DNA of 64,000 nt from a virus: the IMG/VR virus record IMGVR_UViG_3300037307_000289. One strand, 5' to 3'. The first letter of the stretch is position 1, and each line of letters begins with the position of its first letter. Both the position numbers and the translations under genes were made by a program. Positions 46,460-56,068 of this stretch are shown here, piece by piece. The notes under the pieces were generated by a model that was given only the letters and a program-made list of their open reading frames with translations, did not search any database and was not told the DNA's origin.

Positions 46460-48472
46460 TTAAACTATAAATAGATTTGCACCATTACTAATAATAGTTA
46501 CTGACTTCAAATATGTTCCGATAACATACAAAGATTGAAAATCTATGCTACCAAAAGTAGGTATGATTGTAACTTTATGTTGACTTGCGTTCTTTACTAT
46601 ATATTTACCATCAATTTTTGGTATCATGTGTAGAACTATATCTCCAGTTGAGTCTACAATTATCGCTTCTCCTGAAACTGCAGTAGAATCTTGTGTTACA
46701 GACTTAATAGTCATTATATCAAGATGTTCAATAATATTATCTATATATGTCTTTACAGCTCGTTCAGTTGGAATCGAAGTATCAGAGTTACTAACTAATG
46801 TCCCATCAGTTGAAAACTTATTGATTCTTGCGCCATACTCTAGTATAAAACCATCTTTATCAAAGTTTGCTATTTCTTTGCTTCCTTCAATTAAAGACTG
46901 ATTTGAATATGTTACTTTAATTTCTATTTGTCTTGCTCTAACAAAACTGGTACTATCTGTAGTAACTACTTTAACTCTAGTTGAAAGATTTTTAACATCA
47001 TCCCAAGTCCAATCTAACGGCGCTTGTGAATCATGAGTAATATCATAATATTGTGACCAACCTGCAGTTCCATAAAAATCAATTGCAGTTCCAACAGTGC
47101 TTCCAGAAAACAATGGGTATAAATACATTTCAGAAACACTAGGCCCATGTTTTGTTGCATAAATTCTAAGTTCAACTTTTAATATTGTACCAACAGCAGT
47201 TGAATCTACAGAATTATTATGATTATTATTTTGAATGTAAGTTCCTGGTGTAGAACTTGTAAAAGCATAAGTTAATAGATTTCCATCCACCATATTTTGT
47301 GGATTAGTCCAATTTGAAGTAGAATATCCATTATATCTAAATGTTGAAACTAAAGTTCCAGTTGAGTCTCCTAAAACTAGATCTCTAGTTTTAATAACTA
47401 CACCACTAAACCCTGTATTATCAAATGTTTCTACACTTGTCAAACCTTTATAAATTTTATTTACACTTACAGAAATAGAAGCAATTGCATTATCTACATA
47501 TGTTTTGACTGCTTTTTCAGTAGGAAGTACAAGATCTGAATTTCCAGATAATGTTACATCTGTAGAAATTTCATTAATATAATTTACTAAAGTAAGGCCT
47601 GATACTAAAGTTAAGCCAGTACTATCTAGAACTGCTTCCGAATTTACACCAACGAAAAAATTCATTGATGAAGAAGATAATGACAGCCTTGTACTAGTGC
47701 TCGAACCTAATCTTTGTGTAGTATCGGTTAGTAATAAAGTTGAATTGTTTGTAAATGCTTCTATACTTGAGGTTGAATCTATTAAAAAATAGTGATTTGA
47801 TTCTGGCTTACCAAGTGTTAAAAGATTTCCTGATATATATAATCTTTGTTCTCCATCAAATCCCATTCTCATAGATGGATAACCAATTTCAAATTGGTCT
47901 AGTGGAGTTGGGCCATAAATGTTTAGTTTATCATCAGTTATGAGTAATCTAGATTTATCATCTAAATCTTTACCAATTCTAATAGATGTGGCTAATGCAT
48001 CAAAATATGCAACTTGCTGATTGTCTGCTACTATTTGAATATAACCAGCATCTGTGCTATCATCAACTACTTCTACTTTAGAATCATTTTGCCAAATTTT
48101 ATTTGGGTTAAGTCCTGAAATTTTAGCATCAATATAAGCAGTTGTATCTATTAATATTTGTGCATCTTGATTGTCAATATATGTTTTAACCGCTTTTTCA
48201 GTAGGAACATGTGCATCACTATTTCCAGATAATGCTTGGTCTATTGTAAATTCTGTAATTGTTGCCCCGGCAGATAGAGTAATATCATCAGCTGTTAAAT
48301 CTGTAAAAAATGCACTATTTGCATCATTTATACCAATAGAAGCTGGTGACGCAAAGAGATTTTCAAATGAGATTTTCTTAGTCTCAGACGCACTAGCATC
48401 AACTATTGGAAACACATCAGATAAATCTGCAGTTACCAATGCGTTAAGTTGTGTTATCTTTTTATCAGCCAT
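46460..48472 (-). CDS. tail fiber protein (670 aa) with three module copies
   Basis: [64 protein letters not shown] and INKFSTDGTLVSNSDTSIPTERAVKTYIDNII. Confidence 0.7.
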   Translation of the reverse strand: MADKKITQLNALVTADLSDVFPIVDASASETKKISFENLFASPASIGINDANSAFFTDLTADDITLSAGATITEFTIDQALSGNSDAHVPTEKAVKTYIDNQDAQILIDTTAYIDAKISGLNPNKIWQNDSKVEVVDDSTDAGYIQIVADNQQVAYFDALATSIRIGKDLDDKSRLLITDDKLNIYGPTPLDQFEIGYPSMRMGFDGEQRLYISGNLLTLGKPESNHYFLIDSTSSIEAFTNNSTLLLTDTTQRLGSSTSTRLSLSSSSMNFFVGVNSEAVLDSTGLTLVSGLTLVNYINEISTDVTLSGNSDLVLPTEKAVKTYVDNAIASISVSVNKIYKGLTSVETFDNTGFSGVVIKTRDLVLGDSTGTLVSTFRYNGYSTSNWTNPQNMVDGNLLTYAFTSSTPGTYIQNNNHNNSVDSTAVGTILKVELRIYATKHGPSVSEMYLYPLFSGSTVGTAIDFYGTAGWSQYYDITHDSQAPLDWTWDDVKNLSTRVKVVTTDSTSFVRARQIEIKVTYSNQSLIEGSKEIANFDKDGFILEYGARINKFSTDGTLVSNSDTSIPTERAVKTYIDNIIEHLDIMTIKSVTQDSTAVSGEAIIVDSTGDIVLHMIPKIDGKYIVKNASQHKVTIIPTFGSIDFQSLYVIGTYLKSVTIISNGANLFIV

Positions 48473-48502
48473 TAGATAATATCCTTACAGTTATACTCTA
48501 TT

Positions 48503-48790
48503 TTAGTCGAATAAAACACTTGATCCTGACTTATCATATAAATTTTGTAATTTGCTTCCTTTTAGTTGATCAGATTCAGATGCATACTTTTTAAGAAAAC
48601 CTTCTAACAACTTTAACTGTTCTATCGTGTTGTATGCAGTATCAACTATTTGCATTTCGATTGGGTCAGGATCTTCCTTGTTTTCAAGGAACTCTAAAAG
48701 TGTGGCTAATGACTGAAAGCTTTCTTGTACTTCACTAGAGTTGAGTTCCCTCAAAAACTTGAAAACTAATCTGTCTGAGGTTTTTGGCAT
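48503..48790 (-). CDS. hypothetical protein (95 aa)
   Basis: ORF in the fiber operon. No family recognised. Confidence 0.4.
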   Translation of the reverse strand: MPKTSDRLVFKFLRELNSSEVQESFQSLATLLEFLENKEDPDPIEMQIVDTAYNTIEQLKLLEGFLKKYASESDQLKGSKLQNLYDKSGSSVLFD

Positions 48791-48821
48791 AGCTTGCTCC
48801 TAAAGTTAAATGTAAACTGTT

Positions 48822-49166
48822 TTATCCTTTAATCTGTTTAGCTGGTTCTGCTGGTGGCAATAAAATTCTATTAATATGTCTCATAAGTGCTTCTGCATTT
48901 TGTTGTGTATTTATTCCAACATCAACTAAAGTTTTTAAAGCTAGAATATTTTTTGAATCTGCTGTTTCTTGTTGTAATGCAAATATTCTAGCATGTGATA
49001 ATTCCATATTATCTGTCATTATATTTATAGCACAATCTTCAAAAGGTACAGGATCTGTTCCATCACCTTTGTATCTCAATCCTTTTCTATAAAGCATACA
49101 CTCATCGCTACATGTTTTGAAATTCCTAAATGGGCATTTTCTCTTTTCATTATTCTTAGTTAACAT
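48822..49166 (-). CDS. hypothetical Cys-containing protein (114 aa)
   Basis: ORF. CPFRNFKTCSDEC. Confidence 0.4.
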   Translation of the reverse strand: MLTKNNEKRKCPFRNFKTCSDECMLYRKGLRYKGDGTDPVPFEDCAINIMTDNMELSHARIFALQQETADSKNILALKTLVDVGINTQQNAEALMRHINRILLPPAEPAKQIKG

Positions 49167-49181
49167 TAAATATTCCTTTCT

Positions 49182-51152
49182 TTAGATTTTTTGTTGAATT
49201 GTAAAACAATTACCACGAGGTCTCCAATCTGGAGGAATAGTTGCATATGTATTAGTTAAACCAGCATAGTTTGTATAGTATGATTCATATGGGTAGTTAG
49301 AAATGGGCGTTGTAGCACCACCCCAATCAGTATAACCACTAAAAGTATGCGTATGTGAGTTTGTTCCGCCTGAACATCTATTAGTACCATCACAGCTTTC
49401 ATAACTAGTAGTACCACTATAAGAGTGTTGATGGTTCCCAATACCTACATAATGTCTATGTGCATAATAGTGATTGTGGTCTGGCATTGAGTGTGAATGT
49501 GATGGTTGAGTCCAAGTTGACCCTGGTTTTACAGCACCTCCAGGATTACCACCAGCTCCGCTTCCTTTAGTAATATAAACCAATCTATCGTCAACTGATG
49601 TAATTAAATTATAACCAGCTACTGCAGTATCTTTATAGAATAAAATCATTTCTCCAGCTGGAATAGATGGATTTGAAAACTCTGCGTGAGTATGATTACC
49701 AAATGCAACCTGTGAACCACCAGTACCAACTGAACCATTTGTGTTTAAATTTGTAAATGTAACGCCAGACGCTGTAATATAAGTTTGTGAGTGATGCCCA
49801 TTCCCATGTGGACTAGGAGCGAAGCCTGTATGACCACTAGCGGCAAATGAAAGATTTGTTAATAGATCATGGTCTGTAACAGTGCCTCCTCCGCCTCCTC
49901 CTCCGCTTGTTCCACCACCACTACCTGCAACTACATAATCAAGATTTTGTGGTGCGGGTTGCCATATTCTAATATAATCTCCATTGTTTATTATTTCAAT
50001 TTTAGAAGGAATTATTTGCTCGTGAGTTGCCGAGTCATAAATTTGAATTAAAAAAGCAGATGTGCCATCTAAACCTCTAACATCAATATTAGCATGATAC
50101 CCTTCAGAATATGGTCCATTCCAATCACTTACATCTATATACCCTTCAACATTTGTAGCCATCATTAATTTAGGTTCAAAAATCATATTAACTGGTACTG
50201 TAGAACTAGCATTTGTTAATGCTCTTCCTAGTAACTGGTAATAAGGATATGGTTTTACATTTGTTACTTTACCAGCTTCTGAATTTGATAAATATAATAA
50301 ATCTCCTGTCCCAACTAAAATTCCAGTTTCTACTGGAACCTCTTCAACGTATCCTGATATTAATCCTTTTCCATCTGTTATACCAACTTTTATACAAACT
50401 AAATCTGCTTGATGAGTGAGATCATCAGATAAGGTTGCAACAACTCCTCCAGTTGTTGAATCAATTCTACAAATATCTCCAATTGCAACAGAAGATGTGT
50501 TTATATCAGATAACTCAGTGCCTCCCCCTCCAACTTCTCCCCATCTATCTATATAACCAAACCAAAATTTATCATTGGCAGCATCATAAACTACTCTTCC
50601 TTGATAACCATAAGTAAATCCTGGCAAACTAGTTTCAATACCAGCATAAACTTTAATATATCGTCTTTGGTTGATTATATTTTGTGGGTCTTTATCCAAA
50701 ATATCAACAACTTCATGAAAACTACCATTCCATTGTACTCTAACTGCATGTAGGAATACCCATGTTCCAGAGAATGAGAGAGCTGATCTTTGACTTGGTT
50801 TTAAAATTACAAACTTTGCTTGAGGAGCTGGGCGAGATTTTTCATAAGAGTATTCTAATAAAACATAGTAATAACCATCTTCGTCAAATCCTCCACCAAA
50901 ATTTTCATAGAAAGCAGCATCTTTAAAATCTATGATGGTGGAAGTTTGTACTTGAATTCTAACATCATCTTTATATATAACTCCAGGAGCTATAACTATT
51001 ATAGATGTTCCATCAAGTATTCCTCTAAGTGAATCATATTTCTCTAATGCATTTTCCCCATGTGTCACCACTCTGGTAATCTTATTAACAGTATCACTGT
51101 TATAAGATGCGAATGGATCAACAGTTCTAATTTGATTTGGGTATTGTGACAT
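49182..51152 (-). CDS. tail fiber/receptor-binding protein with Gly-rich linker and His-rich C-terminal tip (656 aa)
   Basis: A GGGGTSGGGGGGG linker is followed by the dense His/HxH region HSHSMPDHNHYYAHRHYVGIGNHQHS, reminiscent of metal-binding fiber tips such as T4 gp37/gp12. Confidence 0.5.
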   Translation of the reverse strand: MSQYPNQIRTVDPFASYNSDTVNKITRVVTHGENALEKYDSLRGILDGTSIIVIAPGVIYKDDVRIQVQTSTIIDFKDAAFYENFGGGFDEDGYYYVLLEYSYEKSRPAPQAKFVILKPSQRSALSFSGTWVFLHAVRVQWNGSFHEVVDILDKDPQNIINQRRYIKVYAGIETSLPGFTYGYQGRVVYDAANDKFWFGYIDRWGEVGGGGTELSDINTSSVAIGDICRIDSTTGGVVATLSDDLTHQADLVCIKVGITDGKGLISGYVEEVPVETGILVGTGDLLYLSNSEAGKVTNVKPYPYYQLLGRALTNASSTVPVNMIFEPKLMMATNVEGYIDVSDWNGPYSEGYHANIDVRGLDGTSAFLIQIYDSATHEQIIPSKIEIINNGDYIRIWQPAPQNLDYVVAGSGGGTSGGGGGGGTVTDHDLLTNLSFAASGHTGFAPSPHGNGHHSQTYITASGVTFTNLNTNGSVGTGGSQVAFGNHTHAEFSNPSIPAGEMILFYKDTAVAGYNLITSVDDRLVYITKGSGAGGNPGGAVKPGSTWTQPSHSHSMPDHNHYYAHRHYVGIGNHQHSYSGTTSYESCDGTNRCSGGTNSHTHTFSGYTDWGGATTPISNYPYESYYTNYAGLTNTYATIPPDWRPRGNCFTIQQKI

Positions 51153-51337
51153 TATAAATCTCCTTTGCTTAATCCTCTAATTCTGCAATAATAGCGAACT
51201 ATATTTCCTATATTTTTGTTCTAAATAATCTCATTGGTTAGCAACGAAAAAATACGGATGATATTATTAAGATATCATCTATATATATTAATATGTGATA
51301 GATGATATTTATTTTTTTTTGAGAATGGTGGAAGGAA

Positions 51338-51364
51338 GGGGAGCCACATTTCTAGTAGCTCCCC
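51338..51364. other. 7-bp GC hairpin (ggggagc..gctcccc) preceded by T9 in the intergenic region upstream of the fiber operon
   Basis: Read directly. Not a canonical terminator in either orientation. Possible promoter-region structure. Confidence 0.25.
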
Positions 51365-51430
51365 GTAACCTCATCGTTAACTTATTACTAAATATATTAG
51401 TAATTTATGTAGTTATTTGTTCTAAAGTTA

Positions 51431-52042
51431 TTATGAATTTAGAAGGTGTTCGTCTATCAAATCATTACTAGGATCATTAGTTGGAATCTCAATATATTTC
51501 CATCCATAGGATTCTAACTTTAATTTTTTATTCATGTCTAATAATAGATCATTATTGTGCCAGAAAGTATCTGGAAACTGTATTACAACTTTTAGTATGG
51601 GATCACAAAAGTCGGTTATAAACTCAAATTTTAATTTTTGGTCAACTCCAAACTGTCTTATTAAATAATCACTTCTTACATTAGAGTAATGAACTCTTAG
51701 AAAATCTTTAATTCTATTTTTCATAGCTTTCATTGGATTTTTTTCAATTTCTTTTTGTAGAATAGCTTCAATATCTAGTTCTTCAATTTCTGGTTCAATT
51801 GGTTCAGGATTTTTTTCTTGTTGGTCTGCAAATAATTCTTTATTTTTTCCAAATTTAGATCTTGCATTAAATTCTTTGCTAGTTATTGGAGCATTAGGAT
51901 ATCTTTTTCTGTAGTCGTCAAAAGTAATATTATGTTTTTCTAAATGTTTTGGACTTAAAGTTAGAAAGCTTTTTCCACAAATTTGGCAGATAAGTTTTCC
52001 TTTCTCATCGAATTCTGGGAATGGAAGTTTAGCTAGTGGCAT
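51431..52042 (-). CDS. MucR/Ros-like zinc-finger DNA-binding protein (203 aa)
   Basis: ICQICGKSFLTLSPKHLEKHNITFDDYRKRYP fits the MucR/Ros C-x2-C-x(12)-H-x3-H finger with the characteristic LxxHLxxxH..T..YR block. Confidence 0.4.
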   Translation of the reverse strand: MPLAKLPFPEFDEKGKLICQICGKSFLTLSPKHLEKHNITFDDYRKRYPNAPITSKEFNARSKFGKNKELFADQQEKNPEPIEPEIEELDIEAILQKEIEKNPMKAMKNRIKDFLRVHYSNVRSDYLIRQFGVDQKLKFEFITDFCDPILKVVIQFPDTFWHNNDLLLDMNKKLKLESYGWKYIEIPTNDPSNDLIDEHLLNS

Positions 52043-52081
52043 ATTCGTCTCCTTCGGATTTCAATTTTAATTTTGTTCTAA

Positions 52082-52504
52082 ATGGAGAGGTATATCGTGA
52101 CTCAAATTCTTGATATTAAAGCAGATAAAAATTTTCCTTATCATTATATTGTATCAGTTGGTTGTTATTCAGGAATTAATGAACCAAGAACTGGTCAATT
52201 TTATTTAAAGTATAAAGTTGTTAGTTTTACGCACGATGATATTGAAAAAGTAAGAAGCGCAATTATGCTTGGAAGTGATCAATTATTTAAAACTAATATG
52301 AAAGATGCTATGAATTTATGCGAATGTAATGAATTAGTTTCAACATTATCATCATTAAAATTTGCTTGTAGAGCAAATATTATAAGTATGCATCATTTTT
52401 CAAGTGAATATGAGATTGATGAAGATTGGTTTAAAAATATTGTAGAAAATGCACACAGAATAGAATCTTATAGAAAACTTCTACAGGAGTCGCTGATGAA
52501 ATGA
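52082..52504 (+). CDS. hypothetical protein (140 aa), first gene of the rightward block
   Basis: ORF with an ATGA overlap onto the next gene. Confidence 0.45.
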   Translation: MERYIVTQILDIKADKNFPYHYIVSVGCYSGINEPRTGQFYLKYKVVSFTHDDIEKVRSAIMLGSDQLFKTNMKDAMNLCECNELVSTLSSLKFACRANIISMHHFSSEYEIDEDWFKNIVENAHRIESYRKLLQESLMK

Positions 52505-53058
52505 AAATTTACAGATTCATTGGTGAGTATGAATTTCTAAGTAATTTTCATCCAGTTGTAATTATTTTTGAAGGTATTAGATATGCTTCCGTTGAACATG
52601 CTTACGTAGCCTCAAAAACCATGGACAAACAATTCAGAAAGAAGATTGCAAAACTTACTGGAAATTATGCTGCATTAGCAAAAAAAATGGGGAGAAAATG
52701 CAGAGTCCGTCCTGGTTGGGAAGAAATTAAACTGAGATTAATGAGAGATTTTTTAACTCAAAAATTCACACAAGAGCCACTTAAAACTCAATTACTTCAA
52801 ACGGGTGATCAAGAACTTATTGAAGGAAATTATTGGCACGATAATTATTGGGGGGAATGTATTTGCGAAAAATGTAACGGCGTAGTAAATTCACAAAACC
52901 ATCTAGGAAAACTCCTGATGGAAATACGAGAAAAAGTGAAAGGAAAAGAAAATGTTTCTACTGTTTGTTATTCTTCTCATGGTTGCGATTGGGGTGTTCC
53001 TTCCGAGGTACATTCCACAAACGATCCGCAAGGAGACGGGAAGGGGTCACACGATTGA
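52501..53058 (+). CDS. NADAR (YbiA/DUF1768) domain protein
   Basis: GEYEFLSNFHPV..EGIRYASVEHAYVASK..YWG..NHLGKLLMEIREKV matches YbiA almost block for block (compared with E. coli YbiA from memory). The last about 30 aa appear to be a run-on tail. Confidence 0.85.
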   Translation: MKIYRFIGEYEFLSNFHPVVIIFEGIRYASVEHAYVASKTMDKQFRKKIAKLTGNYAALAKKMGRKCRVRPGWEEIKLRLMRDFLTQKFTQEPLKTQLLQTGDQELIEGNYWHDNYWGECICEKCNGVVNSQNHLGKLLMEIREKVKGKENVSTVCYSSHGCDWGVPSEVHSTNDPQGDGKGSHD

Positions 53059-54778
53059 AGTTTCACTCTCATGGGTTAGTTGGTTGATCAGAGGGATTTG
53101 TGGTCTTATCATTGCCCTCTGTGTTGCATCGACCAGCTGCGTTATTGTTGGTTCAGATGAAGTTGGTCATCTAAAACGTATTTATATGGGTTCTGAAATG
53201 CCTCAGGGAAGAATAATCGCTTTACCTTCTGAAAAGGGGCCTCAAGCAAGAATTCTTACACCTGGATTCCATTTCATTCCTCTTGTTCGAATCTTTCAAG
53301 AAGTTGAAATGTTGAAGATCGTCACAATCGAACAGGGAAAGTATGGGTTTTTAGTTGCCAGAGATGGAAAACCTCTCCCCGGCGATAAATTTATGGCACC
53401 AGAATTTGAATCTCCGGATAAAATGATTGATGCCCTTTATTTTATGGGATATACTGAAAATGATAGCGATTTTAAAGGACCAAGGGGAACCAAAGGACCT
53501 CAATTGACAGTTCTATCCCCAGGTCAATATAGAATCAATAGGTATCTTTTTGAAGTATATCAAGGAAATTCAACTGCTATTCCTGCTGGTAGTGTTGGGG
53601 TTGTTAAATCAAATGTTGGTGATGATTACAAAGGCGCTCCTATTCTTCCAGAAGGTGTTAAATCAACTGACCTTTCAGTTCCTATTGTTCCAAAAGGATA
53701 TAGAGGTGTTTGGAAGGATGTTCTTGAACCAGGCGAGTATTATATTAATGAAAAGGCGTATCATGTAACTCCAGTAGATACCAGAGTCCAGACTTGGGAT
53801 TATTCTGGTGGTTACAAACGTCGCTGGATTGATCTTAAGATTACAGATGAAGGTAAGATTGAGCAGTCTGTTAGGGAAGAATCCGTAAAGATGCCTCAGG
53901 ATGCTGCTGATGAAGCAGTTGTTCTTCGTATTGAAGGATGGGATATCTTTTTGGATTCCAGACTTCAAGTTCAAGTAGATCCTGAAAATGCTCCATTCGT
54001 TGTTGCAGCGGTTGGTGGCATCAAAGAGATTGAGAATAAGATCATCACTCCTCTTTATCGCTCAATGTTGAGAAACGTTGCGTCACAGGACATTGTTATT
54101 TCTGAACCTGTTTTAGATAAAGACGGGAAACCCGTTATGACTTGGGAGAATAAGCCCAAGTTGGAGACCAAAATCAGACCTAGAAAGGTTCTTGATCTTC
54201 TGTATCATCGGGAAGAGTTGGAAAAAGAAGTTTTCGGTAAACTCTATCCCGAAGGTCGCAAAACTGGTCTTTCACTACAGGGTGTTCGCTTTGGCGATCC
54301 TGCTGTTCCCCCTGAGCTTCTGGTTCCTGCAAAACGCAAGCAGTTGGCACAGCAGCTGGAAGAGACTTATGCTCAAGAAAAGCAGGCACAGACTGCACGT
54401 GTTCAAACTGAAAAAGAACGCGCCAAAGCTGATCAACAAGCTGGTCTTATGAAGTCTGAAATTGGCAAGGAAATTGCTGACAACGTAGCAGTCGCTCGTC
54501 AGAAGGCTGGTAAAGGTGAGGAAGATTATATGAAGGCTCTTGCAAGAGGACAAGAAGCACAAGCAAGTGTTCTTGGCAAAGAAAAAGCTTTCGAACTCGC
54601 CTATATTAAAGAGGTTCTAGCAGCTATTAAAGAGCATCCTGAAATGATTAAAGTTCCGAATACTTTAGTATTGGGATCAGGAAGTTCTCTTGAAGGTGCA
54701 GCTGCAATTCTTGGGCCCAGCAATATTGGGCTTGGATTGCATAGCGCAAATCCACAGAAACCTGCTCCTAAGCAGTAG
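52952..54778 (+). CDS. SPFH/band-7 (flotillin-like) membrane protein (up to 608 aa; start uncertain because it overlaps the NADAR ORF by about 100 nt)
   Basis: N-terminal TM segments. The C-terminal Ala/Gln/Lys/Glu-rich coiled region QAQTARVQTEKERAKADQQAG..KALARGQEAQA is typical of flotillin/YqiK tails. Confidence 0.55.
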   Translation: MFLLFVILLMVAIGVFLPRYIPQTIRKETGRGHTIEVSLSWVSWLIRGICGLIIALCVASTSCVIVGSDEVGHLKRIYMGSEMPQGRIIALPSEKGPQARILTPGFHFIPLVRIFQEVEMLKIVTIEQGKYGFLVARDGKPLPGDKFMAPEFESPDKMIDALYFMGYTENDSDFKGPRGTKGPQLTVLSPGQYRINRYLFEVYQGNSTAIPAGSVGVVKSNVGDDYKGAPILPEGVKSTDLSVPIVPKGYRGVWKDVLEPGEYYINEKAYHVTPVDTRVQTWDYSGGYKRRWIDLKITDEGKIEQSVREESVKMPQDAADEAVVLRIEGWDIFLDSRLQVQVDPENAPFVVAAVGGIKEIENKIITPLYRSMLRNVASQDIVISEPVLDKDGKPVMTWENKPKLETKIRPRKVLDLLYHREELEKEVFGKLYPEGRKTGLSLQGVRFGDPAVPPELLVPAKRKQLAQQLEETYAQEKQAQTARVQTEKERAKADQQAGLMKSEIGKEIADNVAVARQKAGKGEEDYMKALARGQEAQASVLGKEKAFELAYIKEVLAAIKEHPEMIKVPNTLVLGSGSSLEGAAAILGPSNIGLGLHSANPQKPAPKQ

Positions 54779-54829
54779 ATAAATCTGAGAGGGAGGATTG
54801 AGAAATCAGTCCTCCCTCAAGGAGTTTAA

Positions 54830-55207
54830 ATGTACACAGCAGTCTTTGATGGATCAGCACAACCAAATCCAGGAACAAAACATATTGGAGGAGCAGTTTA
54901 TAAAGATGGAAAAACTATTTATACATTTTCTATAAGAAGAAATCATGGAACAAATAATGAAGCAGAATATGAAGCTCTTATTGAAATTGCATCATATTTA
55001 AATGGATCAGGTATTGAAGAAGTAGAAATAACTGGAGATTCAATGTTGGTTGTAAATCAAGTTAATGGTTTATGGAAATGTAATGTTCCTCAATTACAAG
55101 AGTATAAAGAAAAAATTATACGATTACTCTCTGGAATCAAATATTCTTTAAAACATGTACCGAGAGAACAAAATACTTTTGCAGATAAATTGTCGAAAGG
55201 AACTTGA
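54830..55207 (+). CDS. rnhA: RNase H (RNase HI-like, 125 aa)
   Basis: FDGSAQPNPG..GTNNEAEYEALI..ITGDSMLVVNQ..HVPREQNTFADKL carries the D-E-D-D catalytic pattern of RNase H. Confidence 0.8.
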   Translation: MYTAVFDGSAQPNPGTKHIGGAVYKDGKTIYTFSIRRNHGTNNEAEYEALIEIASYLNGSGIEEVEITGDSMLVVNQVNGLWKCNVPQLQEYKEKIIRLLSGIKYSLKHVPREQNTFADKLSKGT

Positions 55208-56058
55208 AATTGAAAATTCATCTTTTGATCATCGACCCTCAATTTGACTTCTGCGATCCAAGAGGTTCCCTTTCTGTGGCAGGAGCGCACGAAGATATGC
55301 ATCGCCTTGCGAAAATGATTCATCGCATTGGCGCAAAACTTGATGATATTCACGTTACACTCGACAGTCATCACCTTGTCGATATTGCACATCCTATTTT
55401 CTGGATTGATTCCAAAGGGAAGCATCCCAATCCCTTCACTCTTATTTTCCTGGATGACGTGAAGAATGGAATGTGGAGAACCACCAATCCACATTTCCAA
55501 AAAAGAGCTTTGGAGTATGTTCAAGCTCTAAAGGACAACAATCGCTATATCCTTTGTATTTGGAATCCACACTGCCTTATAGGTTCAAATGGAACCAAGG
55601 TGTACAACGGCCCAGATGATCCAAAATTCCCTGCCGATCAACGCCTTTATGATGCCCTTCTATCTTGGGAGAATGAGTTCGCCATGGTCGACTACGTGAC
55701 CAAGGGCTCAAATATGTGGACGGAACACTATTCTGCAGTTCAAGCTGACGTTCCCGATCCTGAAGATCCCGACACTCAGCTTAACATGCGCCTTATTAAA
55801 ACCCTTCAAGAGGCGGATATTATTCTTCTTTCTGGAGAAGCTCTTTCCCACTGTGTGTTGAATACAGTCACGGATATTGCAAACAACTTCGGCGAGGAGA
55901 ACATCAAGAAGATGGTTCTCCTGACCGATGCAACTTCCCCTGTTCCCAATCCTCCTGGCCCTGGAGCTCCTGACTTTTTCAAGATGGGGCAGGATTTCAT
56001 CCGCGACATGAAAAAACGTGGTATGCAGGTTTCTACCACGGTTGAATTTCTGAAGTAG
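55204..56058 (+). CDS. isochorismatase-family cysteine hydrolase, nicotinamidase/pyrazinamidase-like (284 aa)
   Basis: LLIIDPQFDFCDPRGSLSV, HCLIGSNGTKV and LSGEALSHCVLNT parallel PncA blocks (LLVDLQNDFCAGGALAV / HCVQNSEGA / GLATDYCV), including the catalytic Cys (compared with E. coli PncA from memory). Confidence 0.75.
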   Translation: MKLKIHLLIIDPQFDFCDPRGSLSVAGAHEDMHRLAKMIHRIGAKLDDIHVTLDSHHLVDIAHPIFWIDSKGKHPNPFTLIFLDDVKNGMWRTTNPHFQKRALEYVQALKDNNRYILCIWNPHCLIGSNGTKVYNGPDDPKFPADQRLYDALLSWENEFAMVDYVTKGSNMWTEHYSAVQADVPDPEDPDTQLNMRLIKTLQEADIILLSGEALSHCVLNTVTDIANNFGEENIKKMVLLTDATSPVPNPPGPGAPDFFKMGQDFIRDMKKRGMQVSTTVEFLK

Positions 56059-56068
56059 GAGGTGCCTG

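Noticed and set aside
41013-50617. Short ORFs inside or antisense to the giant fiber genes (41013..41237, 43107..43367, 44783..45028, 46626..46901, 48171..48479, 49256..49441, 49869..50051, 50213..50419, 50435..50617)
   Set aside because: All nested in long, well-supported fiber CDSs. Composition typical of antisense frames.
51153-51430. Intergenic region upstream of the fiber operon as a tRNA or terminator site
   Set aside because: Only a T9 run plus a 7-bp hairpin is present. The geometry is wrong for an intrinsic terminator in either orientation and there is no tRNA cloverleaf.
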